NCBI GenBank assembly: GCA_041687695.1
Contig: JAWLBL010000009.1
Location: forward strand, 43,634-107,633
Direction: 5' to 3'
DNA: 64,000 nucleotides
Source: Myxococcota bacterium
GTDB taxonomy: Bacteria > Myxococcota_A > UBA9042 > PHBI01 > JAWLBL01
In this document: piece by piece, positions 52,831-61,681 of the stretch
Layout of the letters: each line of letters opens with the position of its first letter
Position numbering within the stretch: position 1 is the stretch's first letter
Notes under the pieces: model-generated
The model's database searches: none
Seen by the model: only the letters and a program-made list of their open reading frames with translations
Told to the model about the DNA's origin: nothing
Program-made: the position numbers and the translations under genes

Positions 52831-53223
52831 ATGACCGACCGAGACCAGGACCTGGGCCAGCACGACGACGACGACGCGTTCATCTTCGCGGCCCTGCGCT
52901 TCGACGGCTACGCGTTCCGGGACGCGACCGGCTTCGACGACCACGCCGCGTTCGAGCGGGCGCGAGACGAGGGGCCGGACGGCCTCACGCTCGAGCAGCG
53001 CTTCGCGCTGTTGTTCCTGTTGCAGCGCTACCTCTACAAGTGGGGCGGCGAGCGGCTGTCGCGGAGCGGCCCCGAGTGGCGGCTGTTCAGACGGCTGTTC
53101 GTCGAGCTGGCGCCCCAGGATGCGCCTGAACGCTATCGCGTCGACGACTACGACCGGCGGTGGCGCGAGCTGCCCGAGGCCCGCCGGGCCGCGGCCGTCG
53201 AACGCGCCAGTCGAGCCATCTGA
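52831..53223 (+). CDS. Hypothetical protein (130 aa)
   Basis: ATG after GAGG; GC3-biased; ALRFDGY, FLLQRYLYKWGGE look like family-type motifs. Confidence 0.7.
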   Translation: MTDRDQDLGQHDDDDAFIFAALRFDGYAFRDATGFDDHAAFERARDEGPDGLTLEQRFALLFLLQRYLYKWGGERLSRSGPEWRLFRRLFVELAPQDAPERYRVDDYDRRWRELPEARRAAAVERASRAI

Positions 53224-53401
53224 CGAGGTGGCCGTGGTCCCCGGCGCGATCCTCACGAGGTCGGCCGCGGACCAGCGTGGCCGCCCATGCGCGGGCCAAG
53301 GCAACGCCAGACCCCGCCGGTGGGGCTTCGATCCCACACCTGCGGGCGTCGCCCGGCGGGCGCGGGCCGCGTCCTCGGCCGGATACGAGGCCGCGGGTCG
53401 C

Positions 53402-53416
53402 TGGCACGATCTTTGA
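53402..53416 (+). promoter_or_regulatory. Possible sigma-54 promoter
   Basis: TGGCACG-ATCT-TTGA: perfect -24 box, one mismatch at -12, ~90 bp upstream of ATG 53506. Confidence 0.45.
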
Positions 53417-53505
53417 TCCCTGCACGGGACGCGGGGCCGAGCCAGCGGTTGACGGTCGGTCGCGGAGGTGACGGAGCCCCGCCCAGCGCATCAGGGAGAG
53501 TCGAG

Positions 53506-54159
53506 ATGAAGAGCACACACGGGGAGAGCCGCGCGGGGCGTCTCGCGCTCGAGCGCGCGCGTCGGGCCATGGGCGAGCTGCTGGCCTGGGGGCCGCGAGG
53601 CTGCGTCGAGATCGTGCGCGCGGTCGCGTCGGTGGACGAGGAGGCCGGCCGCCAGGCGCTGCTCGAGCGGCTCGAGGCGGGCCCGCGGGACGCGGTGACG
53701 GTCGAGACGCTGCTCGAGGCGATGGTCGCGGCGGACATCGCGCCCATGGAGGCGCGGCTACGTCGACTGGCGGTGGACGAGACGCGGTCCTTGCGGGTGC
53801 GGGGCCTGGCGTTCGAGGCCTGGGCGCGCTGGGGCGATGCGGTCGCGCTCATCCGGGGGATGTTGCGCGCGGGCCCGGTCGACGCCACGAGCGACTGGCT
53901 CATCGCCTACCTGGCGGGCGCCATGGTGCGCGCGGGGGCCCCCGAGACGGCCGCGCGCCTGGCGCTGCTGCTGGCGATGACGGGGCGGTCGGCGCAGATG
54001 CTGGACCTGATGGAGCACGTCCGGCGCGACGTCGGGGCGGCGGCCACGGACGCCTACGCCGCCTTGCTGGAGCTGCCAGCCCTGAGCTGGGCTCGCCCGC
54101 GCTGGCTGGCGATCATCGACGCCGAGGCGTGGGACGCGCCGCTGTCGTCGGCCGCGTGA
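53506..54159 (+). CDS. Hypothetical helical protein
   Basis: ATG after GGGAGAG; GC3-biased frame; no recognisable motif. Confidence 0.55.
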   Translation: MKSTHGESRAGRLALERARRAMGELLAWGPRGCVEIVRAVASVDEEAGRQALLERLEAGPRDAVTVETLLEAMVAADIAPMEARLRRLAVDETRSLRVRGLAFEAWARWGDAVALIRGMLRAGPVDATSDWLIAYLAGAMVRAGAPETAARLALLLAMTGRSAQMLDLMEHVRRDVGAAATDAYAALLELPALSWARPRWLAIIDAEAWDAPLSSAA

Positions 54160-54212
54160 GGACGCGGGCGCGGCGCCGTGATGCACGCGGCGCCGCGTCC
54201 CCCGCGCGCGGG

Positions 54213-55685
54213 TCAGTCGAGCAGGTTGGCCCGGGCGTCCGCCTCGGGGTCGCCATCGTTGGCCCGGGCGCGCACGTCGAAGTACAGCTCGAGCATCAGA
54301 CAGACGGCGTAGGCGCCGAAGACGGCCGAGAGCACCGCGCCCACCAGCGGGGTGAGGATGACCCCGACGAAGGGCACGAGCCCGACCACGATGCCCAGCA
54401 CGATGCTGAGCACGGCGAAGCCGGCGCCGGCCGTCACCGCGATGAGGAACAGCCGCTTGGCGTCCTGCTTGAACAGGAAGAGGCTGCGCCGGTTCAGGGC
54501 CAGATTGCGTCGCCCCTCGACGAAGTAGACCGGCAGGGCGAAGGCCATCAGGAACATGCCGGGCACCAGGACGGCGATGAAGCCGACCAGCCCGACCACG
54601 CCCGCCAGCAAGAGGCTGACCAGGAACGGCACGGGCTGCTTGGTCATGTGCTTGACGGCGTCGATGGCGCTCAGGGGCGCGCCCAGCTCGCGGCGCAGGA
54701 AGTACAGATAGACGGCGCCGGTCGCGAACAGGTTGGCGACGCTGGCGACGAGCCCGATGAGCGAGACGATGCCCAACAGCGAGTTCACGTAGAAGGCCAG
54801 GATGTTGAGCACGGCCATCAGCCCGCTGATGGCGAGCAGCGGGAGCGTCGACTCCTTGATGGTCGGGAAGAAGCCGCTCCAGGCGGACACGAGCGGCGCC
54901 TTGACGTCGTCGAAGGAGACCGGCGGCGACTGCTTCCAGCCCTTGAAGAGGTCGAGCGCGCCATGGACGGCGCCGAGGATGAGGCCCTTGAAGGCGACGG
55001 GGAACGCGGCGTCGTCGAGCGAGGCCAGCTCGTCGTGGGCGGTCGGGCCGCTCGGACGGGGCTCGGGGCGGCTCGCCTGGGGCGCCTGGGGCGCCGGATC
55101 GGGGTGGCTCGCCTGGGGCGCCGGCTCCGGGCGGCTCGCCTGGGGCGCCGGCTCGGGTCGGCTCGCCTGCGGCGCCGGTTCGGGCGCGCGGGGCGCCGGC
55201 TGGGCGGGCGGCGGCTCGTAGACGGGCGCGGCGGCCGCGGGCGCGGCGCTGGCGCCAGCGAGGGCCGGCTGGCGTGCGGCGACGGGAGCGGGCCGGGCGC
55301 TCTGGGCGGCGGCCGACTCGCCCATCAACGCCGCGATCTGATCGGCGTTGAGCATCGAGGTCTTGTCCGAGTCGACCGGCGCCGGCCGCTCGATGGCCTG
55401 GACCTGCAAGCGGCAGTCGCCGAGACAGAGGACGCTGCCGACTTCCATCGGGAGCGGCGCCCCGATGCGTTGACCGTCGGGCGTGTACGAGCCGTTGCTC
55501 GAGCCCACGTCGACGAACAGCAGGGTGCCGGCCTCGAAGCGCAGCTCGCCGTGACGCGTCGAGACGGTCGGGTCGTCGAGCGTGATGTCGGCGTTGCGGC
55601 GGCCGATGGTCGTCACCGGGGCCGCGAAGGCGCGCGTGGTCGTGGTCCGATCGCGGAGCGTGATGTGGAGCGTGTAGGAGGCCAT
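54213..55685 (-). CDS. FHA-domain protein with Pro/Ala linker and multi-pass membrane domain
   Basis: IGR, VSTRH, DVGSSNGS FHA motifs; 27-bp repeats encoding PEPAPQASR; several TM helices. Confidence 0.85.
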   Translation of the reverse strand: MASYTLHITLRDRTTTTRAFAAPVTTIGRRNADITLDDPTVSTRHGELRFEAGTLLFVDVGSSNGSYTPDGQRIGAPLPMEVGSVLCLGDCRLQVQAIERPAPVDSDKTSMLNADQIAALMGESAAAQSARPAPVAARQPALAGASAAPAAAAPVYEPPPAQPAPRAPEPAPQASRPEPAPQASRPEPAPQASHPDPAPQAPQASRPEPRPSGPTAHDELASLDDAAFPVAFKGLILGAVHGALDLFKGWKQSPPVSFDDVKAPLVSAWSGFFPTIKESTLPLLAISGLMAVLNILAFYVNSLLGIVSLIGLVASVANLFATGAVYLYFLRRELGAPLSAIDAVKHMTKQPVPFLVSLLLAGVVGLVGFIAVLVPGMFLMAFALPVYFVEGRRNLALNRRSLFLFKQDAKRLFLIAVTAGAGFAVLSIVLGIVVGLVPFVGVILTPLVGAVLSAVFGAYAVCLMLELYFDVRARANDGDPEADARANLLD

Positions 55686-55860
55686 GGGACGTCACCTGAT
55701 CGTGCGTGGCGTGCGGCGCGGCGCGGCCGGCGAGGGCGCCGACCGGTTCCGCGCGCGGACCATAGCGGGGTCCGCGCCCGTCGGGTAGTCCCGCGCGCGA
55801 TGTGAAGGCGTCGCGCGGGCCTCGAGCACGGCGCGCGAGGGCGCCGCCCGACGCGCGCGA

Positions 55861-56070
55861 TCAGCCGCGCCCGAGGCCCAGCAGGCGCGCGATGAGGCCG
55901 CGCGGCCGGTCGTCGCACAGGGCCGGCGCGCGCGCGAGGCCGTAGCGACGCATCAGGGCGTCCTCGACGCGTCGGACGCTGTGCGGGTCGGCGGGATCGT
56001 AGGCCAGCAGATCGAGCTCGATCCCCTCGTCGTCCTCGGGGAACGGCGGCGTGGCGTGGAGCGTGTGCAT
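55861..56070 (-). CDS. Small hypothetical protein (69 aa)
   Basis: ATG 56070; GC3-biased; fills the gap between the FHA and DUF3105 genes. Confidence 0.45.
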   Translation of the reverse strand: MHTLHATPPFPEDDEGIELDLLAYDPADPHSVRRVEDALMRRYGLARAPALCDDRPRGLIARLLGLGRG

Positions 56071-56233
56071 GAGGACAGCGTGAGCGACCTTCGTGTCAGT
56101 CGCGTGAAGCGCCGGCAACACTCGGGCGACGTGCGGCGCGCGGGCCGATGACGGATGCGGCGCGGGCCGAGGTGGATTGCTGCGGCGAAACCGGGCATGG
56201 TGCGCGCGCGACCCGTGCGTGGAGTGGGACGAG

Positions 56234-57202
56234 ATGCGAGTGATCCGGACGAAGTGGCGAGCCAGCTTGGTGGGGTGGACGTGCGCGCTGGCCCTCGGGG
56301 CCTGTGACGTCGCGAAGTTGCCGGCCGGCTCGGGAGACACCGGACCTCGCGCCGACGTCGACGCCGGAGCCGACTCGGGGCAGGACGAGCAGGACGGCCA
56401 GGACGATCTGGGCGACGCCGAGCCGGGGCCGGACGCGGTCGGGGACACGCTCGCGGACGCGGACTCCCTGCAAGGGGACGACACGATCGACGAGGACGCG
56501 GGCGACGAGGACGCGGGCGACGGGGACGCGGGCGACGGGGACTCGGGCGACGGCGATGCGGGCGACCTGGACTCGGGCGACGACGACTCGGGTGACCTGG
56601 ACTCGGGCGACGTCGCGGACGTCCCCGACACCTCCGACGACGACGCGGGCCCCGACGCCGCCGAGGACGCCACGCCCTCCAACCCCGATCTCGTCGACTT
56701 CGCGTGCTCCGACGCCAGCTGGACGCCCGGCCCGTGCGTCGCCGGCGTCGCGACCCACGTCCCGGCGACCCTGCCCGGCAGCCACATCGCGTTCCCGCAG
56801 CCCATCGAGTACACCGACCATCCGCCCTCCAGCGGACCCCACCGCGGGCATTGGGCCGTTTGGGGCGAGTACGACTTCCTGCCCCCGCAGAACTGGGTCC
56901 ACAACCTCGAGCACGGCGGCGTCGCCTTCCTCTACCACCCGTGCGCCCCGGCGGCGGTGGTCGACTACCTGCGCGCCCTCGCCCAGACGCGTCCGGCCGA
57001 CGACGGCGGCCCCTTCCGCTGGGTGCTGACGCCGTATCCCGACCTCCCCAGCGCGATCGCGGTCGTCGCCTGGGAGCACACCTACACCGCCGAGTGCGTG
57101 TCGGCCCCCGAGATCTCCGCCTTCATCGACGCCAACTACCGCCAAGCTCCCGAGGACATCGCCACCGACGGCTCCTACTCGCTGGGCTGGCTCGGCAAGT
57201 AG
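56234..57202 (+). CDS. DUF3105 domain lipoprotein with acidic repeat linker
   Basis: Lipobox LGAC; PPSSGPH, WVHNLEHGGV..LY, LTPYP, AW motifs. Confidence 0.85.
   Translation: MRVIRTKWRASLVGWTCALALGACDVAKLPAGSGDTGPRADVDAGADSGQDEQDGQDDLGDAEPGPDAVGDTLADADSLQGDDTIDEDAGDEDAGDGDAGDGDSGDGDAGDLDSGDDDSGDLDSGDVADVPDTSDDDAGPDAAEDATPSNPDLVDFACSDASWTPGPCVAGVATHVPATLPGSHIAFPQPIEYTDHPPSSGPHRGHWAVWGEYDFLPPQNWVHNLEHGGVAFLYHPCAPAAVVDYLRALAQTRPADDGGPFRWVLTPYPDLPSAIAVVAWEHTYTAECVSAPEISAFIDANYRQAPEDIATDGSYSLGWLGK
56489..56608 (+). repeat. Eight 15-bp in-frame repeats encoding D-x-D-(A/S)-G
   Basis: DEDAG DEDAG DGDAG DGDSG DGDAG DLDSG DDDSG DLDSG. Confidence 0.9.
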
Positions 57203-57256
57203 GCTTCACCCTCCCCGCGAGGCGCTTAGGGTGTCCGGGCCGCGTCCCCCCCCTAG

Positions 57257-57420
57257 GAGGCTGTAGTGAATAATGGGATTCGTCGGATCCGAGCCGAGGT
57301 CGGAGCAGATCCGGTTCCGAGGGACCGAGGTGAACCGGGCGGTTCGCCGCAGCGTCTCTCGGGGCCGGAGCTGCCCGAGATCGGCCGGAGCCGGCGAATC
57401 AGCTTATTCACTACAGCCTC
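57257..57420. mobile_element. MITE (non-autonomous IS derivative), ~164 bp
   Basis: Perfect inverted repeat TAGGAGGCTGTAGTGAATAA (57254-73) / TTATTCACTACAGCCTCCTA (57404-23), AT-rich relative to its surroundings; flanks CTAG / CTAA; no internal transposase. Confidence 0.8.
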
Positions 57421-57441
57421 CTAACCCCCCGAGGCCTAGCC

Positions 57442-57819
57442 ATGAACGCCCCCTCCCGCCGCGTCGCCCCGCGCCTGGCCGCGCTCGCCTTCCTCGCGTT
57501 CGCCGCCTGCAGCGGAGGCGCCGAGGCCGGCTACGCCCCGCTGCCCTCCGAAGGCTCGCCGGTCCCCGGCCCCTCGATCCTGCAGTTCACGTCCAGCGTC
57601 GACGCCAGCCACAGCCACCGCGTCACCCTGAGCGCCTCCGAGCTCGCGAGCCCGCCGGTCGGCGGCATCGCCCGCCAGACCACCCGCACCTTCGGCCACT
57701 TCCACCGCGTCAGCCTGACCGAGGTCGAGCTCCGCGCCATCCACTCCGGCCGCACCGTCGTCAAGGAGACCACCTCCAGCGACGGACACAGCCACCGCTT
57801 CACCTTCCGCATCCGCTGA
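57442..57819 (+). CDS. Small lipoprotein with three H-x-H motifs (putative metal-binding)
   Basis: Lipobox FAAC; SHSHRV, GHFHRV and GHSHRF repeats. Confidence 0.75.
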   Translation: MNAPSRRVAPRLAALAFLAFAACSGGAEAGYAPLPSEGSPVPGPSILQFTSSVDASHSHRVTLSASELASPPVGGIARQTTRTFGHFHRVSLTEVELRAIHSGRTVVKETTSSDGHSHRFTFRIR

Positions 57820-57937
57820 CGCCTCCGAGGGCGCTCGCGGACCGGCGCTCGAAGCCCATGTTCTGGATGCCTCCCTGCGCTCGGACTAGCCTCCGCAGTG
57901 TGGCCGCCCCGCGGCCTGAGGAGGTTGGTTCGTCACC

Positions 57938-59101
57938 ATGGGTCCGGTCGCGCTCGCTGAGCTGCTCGGTCGCGCTCGAGAGATCGCGCGCGACGTCGTC
58001 TCCCCCCTCGCCGCCGCGGTGGATCACGAGGCCCGCTGGCCGACCGAGGCGATCCGCGCGCTCCTCGACGCGGGGCTGGGGGGGCTCGTCATCCCGGCCC
58101 GCTACGGCGGGGACGGACACGGCCTCGAGGCCCTCGCCGCCGTCTGCGAGATCCTGGGGCGCGCCTGCGCCTCCACCGCGCTCTGCTTCGGCATGCACTC
58201 GGTCGCCGCCGCGTGCCTGTCCGCCAAGCCGACGCGCCATCAGGTCGAGGCCTACCTCGAACCGATCGCCCGGGGCCGCCACCTGACGACCCTGGCCCTC
58301 AGCGAACCTGGCAGCGGCGCCCACTTCTACTTCCCCGAGACCCGCCTCGAACACGTCGCCCCCGGCACCCTGCGCGTCCACGGCACCAAGTCCTTCGTCA
58401 CCAACGGCGGCCACGCCGACTCGTACGTCATCTCGCTGGTCGCGGGCGATCCCGACGCCCCACCCGGCCACTTCTCGATGCTGGTGGTCCCCCGCGACGC
58501 CCCGGGGGTCGGCCATGGCCCCGAGTGGCGCGGCCTCGGCGTGCGCGGCAACTCGGCGCGGACCGTCACCTTCGAGGGGGTCGGCGTCACCGAGGCCGAC
58601 CTGCTGGGCGCCGAGGGCGACCAGATCTGGTACGTGTTCTCCATCGTGGCGCCCTACTTCCTGATGGCGATGGCCGGGACCTACCTCGGCGTCGCCGCCG
58701 CGGCCCTGGACGAGACCCGCGAGCGCCTGACCGATCGCCGCTACAGCCACAGCGGCGCCAGCCTGTCGGAGGCCAGCGTCCTCCAGCACCGCTTTGGCAC
58801 CCTCTGGGCGATGGGCGCCCGCTCCCGCGCCCTCGTGGCCGAAGCGGCGCGCGCGGGCGATCGCGGCGACCCCGAGGCGCTCGCCCTGCTCTGCGCGGCC
58901 AAGGCCGACGTGGCCGACTGCGCCGTGGCGGTGACCAACGAGGCCATGACACTGGGCGGGGGCCGCGCTTATCGTGAACACAGCGCCATGCATCGCCACC
59001 TGCGCGACGCGCGCGCGGCGCACGTCATGGCCCCGACGACCGATCTGCTCCGCGTCTGGACCGGACGCGCGCTGCTCGACCAACCGCTGCTCGCCGACTG
59101 A
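57938..59101 (+). CDS. Acyl-CoA dehydrogenase-superfamily flavoprotein
   Basis: GLGGL.IP.RYGG.G, LALSEPGSG, GTKSFVTNG, GLGVRGN, LGGG.AY, RDARA. Confidence 0.88.
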   Translation: MGPVALAELLGRAREIARDVVSPLAAAVDHEARWPTEAIRALLDAGLGGLVIPARYGGDGHGLEALAAVCEILGRACASTALCFGMHSVAAACLSAKPTRHQVEAYLEPIARGRHLTTLALSEPGSGAHFYFPETRLEHVAPGTLRVHGTKSFVTNGGHADSYVISLVAGDPDAPPGHFSMLVVPRDAPGVGHGPEWRGLGVRGNSARTVTFEGVGVTEADLLGAEGDQIWYVFSIVAPYFLMAMAGTYLGVAAAALDETRERLTDRRYSHSGASLSEASVLQHRFGTLWAMGARSRALVAEAARAGDRGDPEALALLCAAKADVADCAVAVTNEAMTLGGGRAYREHSAMHRHLRDARAAHVMAPTTDLLRVWTGRALLDQPLLAD

Positions 59102-59103
59102 GG

Positions 59104-60687
59104 ATGCCCGCCGCCACCGTCCTCGCCGTGGGGCTCGAGCCGTCCCACCTCGCCACCCTGTCGGAGGCGCTCAGCGCCGACGCCGATCTGCGCCTCGAGC
59201 CGGCGCGGGACCCGAGTGACGCCGCCAGTCGTCTGGACGGCCTGGCCCCGGCCCTGGGCGCGCTCGTCCTCGAGCCCCACGCGCTCGCGGACCTCACGCT
59301 GCTCCAGCGCGCTCGCGACGTGGCCCCACACGTCGAGACGCTGGTCGTCGTGCGCGACGACGAGCTGGCCCGCTGGCGCGACGCCTTGCGGACCTCGCCT
59401 CGCATCGGCCCCTACGTCGCCTGCCTGCCATGGCGCGACGCGACCAGCGCGGCCGCCGTCTCCCAGGCGGTGGGCCGCACGCGCCAGCGGCTGCGGCACC
59501 AGCGCGAGCTCGCGATCGCGAACGCCCGCCTGCCGGCGGTCCCCACCGTGGTCGCGGATCCCGAGCTCTCCGTGGCGCTGCGTCGCAGTGAGGAGCGCTT
59601 CCGGCTGCTCGTCGACGGCGTGCGCGACCATGCCATCATCATGGTCGGCGTGGACGGCCGCATCGAGAGCTGGAACCCCGGCGCTCAGCGCATCCACGGC
59701 TTCACCGCGGCCGAGGTCGTCGGGCGCGCCGCGGGGCGCCTCTTCTGGTCCCAGGACCCGGAGGACGACCCGCTCGAGCCCCAGCTCGCCCTCAGCCGCG
59801 TGGCCGGCCGGGCCGAGTTCCAGGCCCAGGGCCTGCGCCGGGACGGCTCGCGCTTCGTCGCGCACGTGGTCGTCAGCGCCCTGACCGAAGCGCACACCGA
59901 CCGTGGCTTCGCCCTGGTCGAGCGCGACGTCACCGACCGCGTCGAGGCCGATCTCAAGCGCGAGGCCCTGGTCGAGGAGCTGGCCGAGGCCCTGCGCGCC
60001 CGCGACTTGTTCCTGTCCATCGCCTCGCACGAGCTGAACACGCCGCTGACCGGCCTCATCCTCAAGCTCCAGGGCCTGCTCCGCCGCTGGCGGCGCGCTC
60101 CGGGATCGATGTCGGCGCAGGCCGTCATCGATCGCGTGGCCTCGATGGAGACCCACGCCTTTCGCCTGTCGCACCTGGTCCGCGAGCTGCTGGACGTGAC
60201 CCGCATCGCCACCGGCGGGCTCGAGCTGTCGTCCGACGACGTGGACCTGGTTCAGCTCGTCCGCGACGTCGCCTCCCGGTTCGAGGCCCAGGCCGAGAGC
60301 GCGCAGGTGACCATGATGTTGCCCGACGGGCCGCCCGTGTGGATCCGCTGTGACGCGCTCCGGCTCGAACAGGTCGTCACCAACCTGATCTCGAACGCCC
60401 TGCGCCACGCCCCGGGCAGCCCCGTCGCCCTCACGGTCGACGTGGACGGCGCGGTCGCGCGGCTGACGGTCCGGGACGAGGGGCCCGGGATCCCTGCGGG
60501 CACCGAGGAGCGGATCTTCGAGCGCTTCGAGCGCCTCGAGAGCAGCGCGGACAAGGGCGGCCTCGGCCTCGGGCTGTGGCTGAGCCGCAAGCTGGTCGAG
60601 GCCTGCGGCGGACGCATCCGAGCACGCGCCGACGTGCCGTCCGGAGCCTGCTTCGTCGTGGAGTTGCCGCGCTCGCCGTCGGCCTGA
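59104..60687 (+). CDS. PAS-domain sensor histidine kinase
   Basis: PAS (WNPGAQRI.G, RRDGSRF), FLSIASHELNTPLT H-box, NLISNA, DEGPGI, GLGLGL. Confidence 0.92.
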   Translation: MPAATVLAVGLEPSHLATLSEALSADADLRLEPARDPSDAASRLDGLAPALGALVLEPHALADLTLLQRARDVAPHVETLVVVRDDELARWRDALRTSPRIGPYVACLPWRDATSAAAVSQAVGRTRQRLRHQRELAIANARLPAVPTVVADPELSVALRRSEERFRLLVDGVRDHAIIMVGVDGRIESWNPGAQRIHGFTAAEVVGRAAGRLFWSQDPEDDPLEPQLALSRVAGRAEFQAQGLRRDGSRFVAHVVVSALTEAHTDRGFALVERDVTDRVEADLKREALVEELAEALRARDLFLSIASHELNTPLTGLILKLQGLLRRWRRAPGSMSAQAVIDRVASMETHAFRLSHLVRELLDVTRIATGGLELSSDDVDLVQLVRDVASRFEAQAESAQVTMMLPDGPPVWIRCDALRLEQVVTNLISNALRHAPGSPVALTVDVDGAVARLTVRDEGPGIPAGTEERIFERFERLESSADKGGLGLGLWLSRKLVEACGGRIRARADVPSGACFVVELPRSPSA

Positions 60688-61077
60688 CGCGCCGCGACGC
60701 GGGTCGACCCGGGGCGAGGGGGCCGGTCGCGGAGGAAGGACACGTCGACGCCCCCGCGGTGCGACCGCGTCACGACGCGCGCGTCACGACGCCCGGAGTC
60801 GCGCTCGATCACAAGTGGTCCTAGCGGGTTACGGCCACGTCCGGGGGCCGACCCGCCATGACGCGGGACCCGGTTTCGGGGACTTGCGCGTCACGCCGGC
60901 CAGGTCATGGCCGCCGCCGAATCCCCTGCTAATCTGGGCCCACTTCGACGACGCTCCCGATCACCCACGATGACGCCGCGCGTCATTCTGGCCGACAATG
61001 ACGCACTTGCGTCATGCGTCACATTCGCAACCCGGCCACCCGCCCCCTGGGCGGACGGCGTAGCCTTCGAAAGGACG

Positions 61078-61116
61078 ACGCCCCGCTGCCGGTCGGAACA
61101 TCGGCGAGCGGGGCGT
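61078..61116 (-). terminator. Hairpin terminator downstream of the 69-aa Cys protein gene
   Basis: ACGCCCCGCT...AGCGGGGCGT stem, followed by CGTCCTTT on the minus strand. Confidence 0.55.
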
Positions 61117-61150
61117 GTTGATGAGGTCGGCTAACGGAAGGAGGCGGGAT

Positions 61151-61360
61151 CTAGCTGTTCGCGTACTCGATGCGAGCCTTGAGGCCCTGAGAGCACTTGA
61201 AGCACGGCGAATGCCTGACGTTCAGCGAGTTGGCGTTGACGTAGTCGTCGATGCACTCCGGGACGCGGACCTCACGATTGAGGAACTTGCAAAAGAAGGC
61301 TTCGGCGACTTTCTTCTTCGCGACAGGCGTAGGGGCCATCAGGACCATCCTCTTCTTCAT
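61151..61360 (-). CDS. Small basic four-cysteine protein (69 aa)
   Basis: C-x11-C-x16-CxxC; own promoter (TTGACA-18-TACGGT at 61498-61469) and downstream hairpin. Confidence 0.7.
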   Translation of the reverse strand: MKKRMVLMAPTPVAKKKVAEAFFCKFLNREVRVPECIDDYVNANSLNVRHSPCFKCSQGLKARIEYANS

Positions 61361-61681
61361 GTGACGATCGCGGCGTCAGCCGACGGAGTGACGGCTCCGT
61401 CTGCGTGTGGGGCTGGCCACCGCGCGTTGCTCCCGAACAGCCAGGTTCCGAGGCCGGCTGCGAATCGTACCGTAGGGTTTGGCCGGAAAGGGTGTCAAGC
61501 ATAAAGGCTGGGAATTCACTGCAGAATCCGGAATAGCGCGGAACCGTTTGGTGTTACGGGGCCGGCGCGCTGCAGGCACGCCTCCCGAGGGAGATCTTCC
61601 CCACGTTTTTCGTGCCACGCGGGCGTGACGCTCGCGTGGCTTTCTTCGGGCCCGCGCGGCCTTGTGGTAGGTTCTGCGCCC

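Noticed and set aside
55061..55183. Functional DNA repeat in the FHA gene
   Set aside because: In-frame 27-bp repeats simply encode a Pro/Ala linker.
60822..60837. Sigma-54 promoter within the TGACGC cluster (minus-strand TGGCCG...CGC)
   Set aside because: GG-to-GC spacing is 9 nt and the match is poor.
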